From NCBI GenBank assembly GCA_042565725.1, contig JBHORK010000004.1, positions 2,750-66,749 on the forward strand: a DNA stretch of 64,000 bases, read 5' to 3'. This document shows positions 56,427 through 64,000 of this stretch, piece after piece (the stretch's first letter is position 1; every line of letters begins with the position of its first letter). This stretch comes from Verrucomicrobiota bacterium. Lineage in GTDB: Bacteria; Verrucomicrobiota; Kiritimatiellia; UBA8416; JBHORK01. The translations under genes were made by a program, and so were the position numbers. The notes beneath the pieces are model-generated. The model saw only the letters and a list, made by a program, of their open reading frames with translations. It had not been told where the DNA came from and searched no databases.

Positions 56427-59018
56427 ATGAAAGAGAAATATCCCTATAGCGAAATCGAAAAAAAATGGCAGACCACTTGGAAAGAAAATAATACGTTTGC
56501 CACAGATTTAAACAAAACAGATAATAAATTCTATTGTCTAACCATGTTCCCCTATCCATCCGGTGTACTGCATATGGGACATGTAATAAATTACACTCTC
56601 GGCGATGTTATTGTCCGCTATAAACAGTTGCGAGGATGCCATGTTCTCTCGCCTATGGGTTGGGACAGCTTTGGATTACCGGCTGAAAACGCCGCTATCC
56701 GCACAGGAGTTCATCCTCATCAATTGACCGAAAATAATATAGACCGCATGACGGAACAGATGCAGCGCGCCGGATGGGGATACGACTGGCAGCGCGAAAT
56801 AGCTACGAGTCATCCCAATTATTACCGATGGACCCAATGGCTTTTTCTGCAGTTCTATAAAAACGAACTTGCCGTAAAAAAGTCAGCTCCCGTCAATTGG
56901 TGCAGCTCCTGCCAAACCGTTCTAGCCAATGAACAGGTACATGACGGACAATGCGAACGATGCGGCACCAAGGTCGAACAAAAAGACATGTCACAATGGT
57001 TTTTCTCCATGAGCAAATATGCACAGCGGCTCCTGGACGGCCATACCAGATTACGCAACAAATGGCCCGATTCTGTACTCGCCATGCAGGAAGAATGGAT
57101 AGGCCGTTCTGAAGGCGCCCGTGTAAACTTTCATATAAAAGAAACAAATGAAGAACTCCCGATTTTCACTACCCGGCCCGATACTTTGTTCGGAGTTACT
57201 TTTATGAGTCTCGCGCCCGAACATCCGCTTGTTGAAAAACTCGTATGCGGTACGGAACACGAAGATCGCGTCATGACGATCGTCAGGGAAATGCGCCAAC
57301 AGAGCACCAGCGAACGCGATATTGCTGATCGCGAGAAGATAGGGGTCTGGACCGGATTTCATGTTATAAACCCTGTTAACGGAGACACCGTTCCTTTATG
57401 GGTGGCTAACTTCGCGCTCATGACATACGGCACAGGATCCGTAATGGCTGTTCCCGCACATGATCAACGCGACTTTGAATTCGCAAAGAAATATAACATT
57501 CCGATCAAAGTCGTGATTGAACGGGACAACAATCCACTGGATCCCGAAACTATGACAGAGGCTTATGTTGATCCCGGAACAATGGTCCATTCAGGACCCT
57601 TTGACGGCCATAACAATTGCGAAGCTATGACCGATATTATTTGCTGGCTGAAAGAACAAGGTTACGGCGAAGGCACGATTAACTATCGGCTTCGAGACTG
57701 GCTCATCAGCCGCCAGCGCTATTGGGGCGCTCCTATCCCTGTTGTTTACTGTGACACATGCGGTATAGTACCCGTTCCGGAACAGGATCTGCCTGTACTC
57801 CTGCCTCCCGATATCCATTTCAAGGAAGGAGGCGGTAATCCGCTTGCCACAACTGAATCGTTCTTCAAATGCGCCTGTCCCAAATGCGGAAAAACGGCCC
57901 GCCGTGAGACCGACACAATGGATACATTTGTAGACTCAAGCTGGTATTTTCTACGTTATTGTGACCCGCAAAACAAAGAGCAGGCATTTGACCCGAAAAT
58001 TATCAAGCAATGGATGCCGGTCGATCAATATATAGGCGGCATCGAACACGCCACAATGCATCTTATTTATGCTCGTTTCTTCACAATGGTATTACACGAT
58101 ATCGGTCTTATAGATTTTGAAGAACCATTCACACGTCTCTTCTGCCAGGGAATGGTCTGCAAAACAGCTTATTACTGCGAAACTCATAAATGGCTTCGTG
58201 AAGATCAGGTAACGGACTGTAAGCGCGAAGGGGACGTCATCGTAGACGGCAAATGCTGTCAATGCATGCAGCCTGTTAAAGCCGAAATGACTAAGATCAG
58301 TAAATCCAAATTAAATGTAGTTGACCCTGATAAAATGTTTGAACGTTATGGGGCCGACACCGTAAGACTTTACATGCTGTCCGACGCACCGCCGGATAAA
58401 ATGCAGATCTGGAGCGAATCCGGAATCAATGGGGCATGGCGCATGTTGAACAGACTCTGGGACACGGTTATTAAAAGTCTCGATAACGTCACGAAAAAAG
58501 ATACTGCTGTGCCGGAAAATCTCGACTCAACTAACCGCGCCCTGCGCCGCAAGACACATCAATGCATTATGCGCGCAACCGAAGCGATCGAAGGTGGTTT
58601 TCATTTCAATACGGCAATAGCGCGTTGTAATGAACTTCTCAATCAGCTCAGAGCGTCCGAAAATCAGGTGGAACCTGCTATCCTGCGCGAAGCCATTGAA
58701 ACCGTACTACGCCTGCTCTCACCAATTGTGCCCCATTTCTCCGAAGAACTATGGGAACGGCTTGGATACACAAAAAGCATTTTCACCTCCAGCTGGCCGA
58801 AAGCTGATTCAAGCATTGCCACGGAAGAAGAGCTTGTCATACCTATACAGGTAAACGGCAAAGTTCGTGACCGAATTACAGTATCGCCCGATATTGACAA
58901 AAAAGATCTGGAAGAAAAAGCGCTCAAAGCGGAAAACATCGGAAAATACATCGAAGGTAAAACCGTCCGAAAGGTAATCATAATACCAGGTAAGCTGGTG
59001 AATATTGCCGTACAGTAG
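56427..59018 (+). CDS. leuS: Leucine-tRNA ligase
   Basis: MFPYPSGVLHMGH (HIGH), GWDSFGLPAENAA, DWLISRQRYWG, KISKS (KMSKS variant) and QVNGKVR. Likely start ATG 56427. Confidence 0.97.
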   Translation: MKEKYPYSEIEKKWQTTWKENNTFATDLNKTDNKFYCLTMFPYPSGVLHMGHVINYTLGDVIVRYKQLRGCHVLSPMGWDSFGLPAENAAIRTGVHPHQLTENNIDRMTEQMQRAGWGYDWQREIATSHPNYYRWTQWLFLQFYKNELAVKKSAPVNWCSSCQTVLANEQVHDGQCERCGTKVEQKDMSQWFFSMSKYAQRLLDGHTRLRNKWPDSVLAMQEEWIGRSEGARVNFHIKETNEELPIFTTRPDTLFGVTFMSLAPEHPLVEKLVCGTEHEDRVMTIVREMRQQSTSERDIADREKIGVWTGFHVINPVNGDTVPLWVANFALMTYGTGSVMAVPAHDQRDFEFAKKYNIPIKVVIERDNNPLDPETMTEAYVDPGTMVHSGPFDGHNNCEAMTDIICWLKEQGYGEGTINYRLRDWLISRQRYWGAPIPVVYCDTCGIVPVPEQDLPVLLPPDIHFKEGGGNPLATTESFFKCACPKCGKTARRETDTMDTFVDSSWYFLRYCDPQNKEQAFDPKIIKQWMPVDQYIGGIEHATMHLIYARFFTMVLHDIGLIDFEEPFTRLFCQGMVCKTAYYCETHKWLREDQVTDCKREGDVIVDGKCCQCMQPVKAEMTKISKSKLNVVDPDKMFERYGADTVRLYMLSDAPPDKMQIWSESGINGAWRMLNRLWDTVIKSLDNVTKKDTAVPENLDSTNRALRRKTHQCIMRATEAIEGGFHFNTAIARCNELLNQLRASENQVEPAILREAIETVLRLLSPIVPHFSEELWERLGYTKSIFTSSWPKADSSIATEEELVIPIQVNGKVRDRITVSPDIDKKDLEEKALKAENIGKYIEGKTVRKVIIIPGKLVNIAVQ

Positions 59019-59104
59019 AATAATAGACACGGCGACCCTGAAGTAGAAACTTCTCTTCACTTCAAGGCAGGCACGGGGATGGAAGAAGGCCAAGGAGGCA
59101 CTCT

Positions 59105-59224
59105 ATGAAGATTATTATTAATTCCTGGTTCAAACTTACTTCTCTTGAACAAAAAGCCGTAATCATTGTTCTGATTCTTTTCATGCTCGGAGTACTGGTC
59201 CGCTTCTGGCATGTCTGTATGTAA
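59105..59224 (+). CDS. 39-aa single-TM small protein (below the ORF-track cutoff)
   Basis: AAGGAGG RBS at 59092-59098; MKIIINSWFKLTSLEQKAVIIVLILFMLGVLVRFWHVCM*. Confidence 0.6.
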   Translation: MKIIINSWFKLTSLEQKAVIIVLILFMLGVLVRFWHVCM

Positions 59225-59252
59225 CTTGAGCTTGCTCAAAAAGGTCGCAAGC

Positions 59253-59391
59253 TCTAAAATTCGAATATCGAAACCCTAAATACTAAACAATAGCAAATGA
59301 CCAAAGCTCCGAATTCAAAATAAACGACCAACAAATTCAGTCGTTTTGAACATTTTGTCATTTAAATTTTAAATTTAGATATTAGGATTTC
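59253..59391. repeat. Inverted pair of heptamer arrays
   Basis: CTAAAATTCGAATATCGAAACCCTAAATACTAAAC ... GTTTTGAACATT...TTTAAATTTTAAATTTAGATATTAGGATTT; same architecture as 30640-30853. Confidence 0.7.
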
Positions 59392-59423
59392 CTATTCGAA
59401 ACCTTTTCGAATAGAGTCTAACT

Positions 59424-60584
59424 ATGGCTTATTATCTCGCTATAATTCCTCCCGCTGTTTACGAATCTCTCAGCAAGTCTGACCGCACAATCTGCGGCTT
59501 CCGTGAACAATGGAAGAAAATCGCCGGAGAAATCCATGCCGGCGACAAACTTGTCTGCTACATGAAACATTTTTTCCGCTGGATCGGTGTGCTGGAAGTC
59601 GACGGCGATTATTTTACTGATAACACGCCCATATTCTTTGAAAAAACCGATCCTCTGACAGTAAGGTTTAAAGTTCGCCCTCTTGTGTGGCTGTCAAAAG
59701 AACAATGCATACCCAAAAACGAAAAGTCTATTCAGGACAAGCTTTCATTAACCATAGCCAACGACAAAAAATTTCCTGCTCTAAGCAGAATAGAGGAAAA
59801 GGACGGCTTGTTTCTTGAAGCAATTCTTAACGAACAGATCCATAAAAAAGAAATATACACGATAGATGAAAGAAAATATCAAAAACTTGTAACAGAGAGA
59901 ACAAAACGTCAGTCGGTGTTTTTCAGGATGCGGCGCGGTATTATTTATTCAAACTTTTTCCTGAATGTCCTCACGGGGCTGATAGTCTTTTTTATTAGAC
60001 TTTATAATAAAACACTGAAAACCCGGACTGAATACCCACCGGAATTCAGCAAATTGGATCCCACAAAAGCTATTTACGCTTTATGGCATGCCAAAGATTT
60101 CCTGCTCCTCTCAAACTTCGGCAAATGGAAAGTGTGCATAATGGTTGACGACAGTTGGGCGGGAGAATTTATTGCCAGAATACTGGAAAAACTTGGCTTT
60201 GCTACTGCGCGAGGTTCCAGCAAGAGAAAAGGAGCACATGCTTTACGCGAAATGAAAAAGGTTATGGAACAGGGCTATGCCGGCGCAGTAGTTGTAGACG
60301 GCCCCACCGGCCCTGTTTACAAATCAAAGCCGGGAGTGTTACTGCTTTCCCGAATGACCGGTTGTCCTATTGTCCCATGCACTACGACGGCAAATCGTGC
60401 CTGGATATTCAAAAATACATGGTGCAAATACATGATACCCAAACCTTTTGCCCGCTGTTTCATCACAGCAGCCAACCCGCTCTGGAAATCGACAAAAAAA
60501 GGAGCCATGACCTCAAAAGACCTGGACAAAAAAATGATGGATTTGATGATAGATGCCGACAAAAAAATGGGATTAACCGATTAA
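59424..60584 (+). CDS. EVE (PUA-like) domain fused to a DUF374/lysophospholipid-acyltransferase-like domain
   Basis: N-terminal GDKLVCYMK..RWIGVLEV...VRFKVRP (EVE-like); C-terminal ALWH, RGSSKRKG, VDGPTGP and PKPFAR (DUF374-like). Confidence 0.75.
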   Translation: MAYYLAIIPPAVYESLSKSDRTICGFREQWKKIAGEIHAGDKLVCYMKHFFRWIGVLEVDGDYFTDNTPIFFEKTDPLTVRFKVRPLVWLSKEQCIPKNEKSIQDKLSLTIANDKKFPALSRIEEKDGLFLEAILNEQIHKKEIYTIDERKYQKLVTERTKRQSVFFRMRRGIIYSNFFLNVLTGLIVFFIRLYNKTLKTRTEYPPEFSKLDPTKAIYALWHAKDFLLLSNFGKWKVCIMVDDSWAGEFIARILEKLGFATARGSSKRKGAHALREMKKVMEQGYAGAVVVDGPTGPVYKSKPGVLLLSRMTGCPIVPCTTTANRAWIFKNTWCKYMIPKPFARCFITAANPLWKSTKKGAMTSKDLDKKMMDLMIDADKKMGLTD

Positions 60585-61246
60585 AAGCAAATCGAGACCC
60601 CGATAGAAAGCACGGGCCAGAAACTGAAAACTTTCGCGTCATCTTCCCACTGATCCACTTCCGCTTGAAGAGAATCATTCAGCATAGATTGAAACGCCGG
60701 ATTAATTGCTGTGCCTGTCGCCTCTAATTCCGGCGCGCCATGAAACATTAAGCCGAAATCGCAATTAAAATGTATCTTGCCATCTTTATCTACGGCGTTG
60801 CCGCTGCCTATACCAATGTAAAGGCTTGTTCTGTTAAAGGTGGCTTCTCCGTCAAGACTTGTAACAATGTAATGGACTTCTTCAAGCTCAAACTCATCAC
60901 CCGGTGTAGCCGAGAAAGAAAGCTCGTTATTATTGAGCACCACACCACCAGAAATACGAAACCCGCCCTCGAAAGGATGCCAGTCCAAAAGTATTGGAAT
61001 AGTCTCAAGAATTAATTCTCCGTCTATTTCGGCTTCATCCATATCCATAGATCTTTCGTAAGTAAAACCATTATAACCGCCGCGCAAGTTGAAATATGAA
61101 CCAAGGTTAAGCGTCAAATCCACGCCCGGCCCAAGAGTACCCACCTTGGCAGTGACACCGATAATCGGTGCGCTTTCTCTTGCCACAACAGTATGCCCCG
61201 CTAAAATCATAGTTATAACTACTACTGCTAAAATACATTTCTTCAT
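60581..61246 (-). CDS. Outer-membrane beta-barrel protein
   Basis: AGGAGG RBS before ATG 61246; signal peptide; KVGTLGPGVD, amphipathic strands and C-terminal Phe (WPVLSIGVSICF). Confidence 0.8.
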   Translation of the reverse strand: MKKCILAVVVITMILAGHTVVARESAPIIGVTAKVGTLGPGVDLTLNLGSYFNLRGGYNGFTYERSMDMDEAEIDGELILETIPILLDWHPFEGGFRISGGVVLNNNELSFSATPGDEFELEEVHYIVTSLDGEATFNRTSLYIGIGSGNAVDKDGKIHFNCDFGLMFHGAPELEATGTAINPAFQSMLNDSLQAEVDQWEDDAKVFSFWPVLSIGVSICF

Positions 61247-61460
61247 ACATCCTCCTTGTTGTTGTTGCGTACTTCGCGAAACATATCTTTCCCTTCGATG
61301 TTCGAAGTTCAATGTTGGATGTTACCTCTTCCCTAAAACCCAACACTTTCTCCCCGCACAACCTGCAATTTTGCTCTTTTCCCTCCACCCCTCTTTGTGT
61401 AGTCTGTTCACGTTAATTACGTGGGATTGTACCCTTTTTATTATGGAGGACTCAATAAAA

Positions 61461-61883
61461 ATGAATCCTGATTGTATTTTCTGCAAAATATCAGCCGGCG
61501 AACTTCCTTCTGCCAAAGTTTACGAAGATGAAGACACTCTGGCCTTTATGGATATCGGCCCGGTTGTCAAAGGCCATACCCTCGTAATACCTAAAAAACA
61601 TTATGACCCCATTACAGGCACCCCTCCGGAAACATTACAGAAACTGATTATGGTTGTTCAGAAAATCGCACAAGCCCAATATGATGGTCTGGGCGCGAAT
61701 GGAATAAATGTAACCCAGGCAAACGGCAAGGTCGCCGGTCAGGTTGTTCCGCACATTCATTTCCATGTCATCCCGCGCTTCGAAAAAGACGGTCATAAAT
61801 GGAACTGGACACCCAGAGAATATAACAGCCAGGACGAAATGAAACTGATGGCAAAAAAAATCGAAGATTCACTAACCGGATAA
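61461..61883 (+). CDS. HIT-family hydrolase
   Basis: DCIFCKI, GHTLVIPKKH and VPHIHFHVIPR histidine triad. GGAGG RBS supports start 61461. Confidence 0.95.
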   Translation: MNPDCIFCKISAGELPSAKVYEDEDTLAFMDIGPVVKGHTLVIPKKHYDPITGTPPETLQKLIMVVQKIAQAQYDGLGANGINVTQANGKVAGQVVPHIHFHVIPRFEKDGHKWNWTPREYNSQDEMKLMAKKIEDSLTG

Positions 61884-61920
61884 TCTTAGAAATACTAAAT
61901 GCGATTCACGAGACACGAAA

Positions 61921-62430
61921 ATGCAAGAACTTGATTTTGGCAAAATAGTAAAAGATATCATAAGCAAAGATCCACGCTATGATGCCGAGGCATATTCATT
62001 TACCAGAGAAGCCGTGGATTTTACGGTAAAAACGCTGGACAAACCGATAGAAGGTCCCGACAGACACATAAGCGGCAGGGAACTCCTTGATGGTATAAGA
62101 CAATACGCACTGCAGGAGTTCGGCCCCATGGCTTTAACCGTATTCCGCATCTGGGGAATCAATAACACCAGCGATTTCGGCGAAATGGTCTTTGCTCTCG
62201 TAGATTCCGGAGTGCTTGGCAAAACTGAGCAGGACAACAAAGAAGATTTTGCCAATGGCTACGACTTTAACGAGGCCTTTGCCAAACCATTCCTGCCTGA
62301 AAAACCGCTTAAACAAAAAAAAGCCAAGCCCCAGACTGCTTCATCGCAAGATTTGAAACCAACAAAAAGCAGGAAACCGATAAAAAAAACACGCCGAAAG
62401 AAAAAAAATACGGAGACAGATGAAAAATAA
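61921..62430 (+). CDS. Planctomycetes/Verrucomicrobia-restricted conserved protein (Minf_1886-like) with a Lys-rich tail
   Basis: DPRYDAEAY, HISGRELLDGIR..A..EFGPMA, WGI..TSDFGEMVF.LV..G.L.K..D..EDF pattern, recognised from memory of the family. Confidence 0.8.
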   Translation: MQELDFGKIVKDIISKDPRYDAEAYSFTREAVDFTVKTLDKPIEGPDRHISGRELLDGIRQYALQEFGPMALTVFRIWGINNTSDFGEMVFALVDSGVLGKTEQDNKEDFANGYDFNEAFAKPFLPEKPLKQKKAKPQTASSQDLKPTKSRKPIKKTRRKKKNTETDEK

Positions 62431-64000
62431 ACTGCTCGTTTTACTATCAGCATGCCTTCTGACATGGATCCTGCCGCCCTGCTCTTCTTCCGCGCGAGAA
62501 AAATCGTCAGATGTCTTCAATAACTGCCTGGCCACTCTTCAAAAAAATAATGCGCAACTGAAAAGGTTCGTCCTGGATAACGGTATGATCTGCCTGATCA
62601 AGGAAGACCGCGCCGCACCTGTTGTTTCCATCCAGATATGGGTCGGTACCGGCTCAATACACGAACAGGAATATCTGGGCGCGGGCCTTTCGCATGCCAT
62701 TGAACACATGATCTTTAAGGGCACGGAGAAAAGAGGGGTTGGTTCAATTTTCGGGGAAATCAATGCCGCGGGTGGACGTGTCAACGCGTATACCAGTTTT
62801 GATCGTACCGTTTTTCTCGCCGATCTACCGGCCAAAAACTGGAAAGTCGGACTGGATGTGCTGACCGATGCTGTCATGCATTCCACCTTTCCAGCAAAAG
62901 AATGGGAAAAAGAGCGAAATGTGATCCTGCGTGAAATCGCTATGGGTAAAGATGACCCTGACCGGGTAATCAGTAAACTGCTCTGGCGCACTGCTTACAG
63001 TGTGCATCCTTACAAATTCCCGGTAATAGGATATAAGGAGATATTCGAAACATCCTCAAGAGAAGACCTTACAGCCTTTTTCCATCGTAATTATGTTCCG
63101 GACAACATGATCACTGTAGTAGCAGGCGATATCAACGCGAAAGAAGTTGAAACTATGATTCGGTCCGTATTCGCCAATTTTCACCGCAAGGCCCGTGCTC
63201 CCGTTATATTGCCGCGCGAACCTGCCCAGATCTCACCGCGTTTCGAAAGACAAACTGGACCATACAAAATTTCCCGACTGGAATGGGCGTATCATATCGT
63301 TCCGCTCAGCCATCCTGACGCACCGGCACTTGATCTTCTGGCAGCAATTGTCGGCTACGGCCAAAGCTCAAAGCTCAACAGGCAGATAAAAGAAGAACTC
63401 AAACTTGCGTTCAGTATAAATGCCTGGTCCCATACACCCAAGGAACCCGGCGTTTTCGGGATCAGCGCTGAATTCGACCCGGCCAATGAAGAAAAAACCG
63501 TTGCTGCCATCCAGAACGAAGTTAATTCATGGCAGAATTCACATTTTACGAGAGACGAAATTGATAAAGCCCGCAGAATGCTCCTGTCTGCTGAACTGTC
63601 CGCACTTCAAACCATGAGCGGGCAGGCAGGCAATTACGCGTCTGGTGAATTTTATGCCGGTGACCCGCGATTTTCTGAAACTTACCTCAAATTGTTAAAC
63701 GAAGTAACCCCCGCCCGCCTGAAGGAGGTAGCCAACAAATATTTCAACAAAAGAACATTAGTTATTCTTTCCCCTGACACGGAAACAAAGGAAGAATCAA
63801 CGCAACAGTCAAAACCAGCCATAATAAGACCGAAGAAAACCGTGTTGTCAAATGGTGTCCCTTTAATTATACGCGAAGACAGGCGCCTGCCCTTTGTGCA
63901 TTTCTGCGCTGTATTCGGCGGAGGACTCCTTTCGGAAAATAACACCAATTACGGCATTACCCAGCTGATGTCGAAGCTGATTACTAAAGGCACAAAAAAA
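62420..64000 (+). CDS. M16 (pitrilysin-like) zinc peptidase, 3'-truncated by the window end and absent from the ORF track
   Basis: ATG 62420 (MKNKLLVLL..., signal peptide), VLDNGM, WVGTGSIHE, inverted zinc motif HAIEHMIFKGT and NAYTSFDRT; a second domain begins VLSNGVPL; no stop seen before 64000. Confidence 0.92.
   Translation, partial: MKNKLLVLLSACLLTWILPPCSSSAREKSSDVFNNCLATLQKNNAQLKRFVLDNGMICLIKEDRAAPVVSIQIWVGTGSIHEQEYLGAGLSHAIEHMIFKGTEKRGVGSIFGEINAAGGRVNAYTSFDRTVFLADLPAKNWKVGLDVLTDAVMHSTFPAKEWEKERNVILREIAMGKDDPDRVISKLLWRTAYSVHPYKFPVIGYKEIFETSSREDLTAFFHRNYVPDNMITVVAGDINAKEVETMIRSVFANFHRKARAPVILPREPAQISPRFERQTGPYKISRLEWAYHIVPLSHPDAPALDLLAAIVGYGQSSKLNRQIKEELKLAFSINAWSHTPKEPGVFGISAEFDPANEEKTVAAIQNEVNSWQNSHFTRDEIDKARRMLLSAELSALQTMSGQAGNYASGEFYAGDPRFSETYLKLLNEVTPARLKEVANKYFNKRTLVILSPDTETKEESTQQSKPAIIRPKKTVLSNGVPLIIREDRRLPFVHFCAVFGGGLLSENNTNYGITQLMSKLITKGTKK

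Noticed and set aside
7591-59391. CRISPR array
   Set aside because: The repeats are 7-9-nt periodic runs or dispersed hairpins. There is no series of 23-47-bp repeats with unique spacers, and no cas genes.
61089-61460. N-terminal 124-aa extension of the HIT ORF
   Set aside because: It overlaps the opposite-strand OMP gene, and a GGAGG RBS supports the start at 61461.

Overview
Chromosomal segment of a bacterium of the PVC superphylum, most likely Kiritimatiellota/Verrucomicrobia-like. This is inferred from a Planctomycete/Verrucomicrobia-restricted conserved protein, PVC-style secreted proteins and a complete elongasome cluster. Gene content in order: a uroporphyrinogen-decarboxylase-family gene; two paralogous membrane-anchored proteins of unknown function plus an OmpR-type two-component pair; an amino-sugar cluster (ROK kinase-like, PIG-L deacetylase, nagB, ROK repressor); an AbiE type IV toxin-antitoxin pair and a secreted beta-helix protein; a stand-alone GlmU-like acetyltransferase and glmS; mreBCD-mrdA-rodA, an RNase E/G, lptD, an NDP-sugar epimerase, a family B DNA polymerase, gspG and a 2009-aa LamG/PKD surface protein; inositol monophosphatase, smc, a GT2-flippase fusion and an IS1380 element; then a HAD hydrolase, a sigma-54 response regulator, proC, leuS, an EVE-DUF374 fusion, an outer-membrane protein, a HIT protein, a PVC conserved protein and a truncated M16 peptidase. 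No CRISPR array, rRNA or tRNA was seen. The most unusual signals are outside standard annotation: (1) a layered system of intergenic repeats (7-9-nt periodic arrays, CAAG-tailed hairpins with compensatory changes, and a MITE-like family with a fixed insertion hotspot) that has also entered coding sequence in frame, including a 5x7-nt tract at the start of the DNA polymerase B gene that could act as a frameshift switch; (2) tandem NrdR-box-like sites upstream of smc; (3) a strand-bias inversion at the IS1380; (4) unusual fusions (EVE-DUF374, GT2-flippase) and the uncharacterised four-gene envelope/signalling unit. All calls come from reading the sequence and the supplied ORF track; no searches were run.
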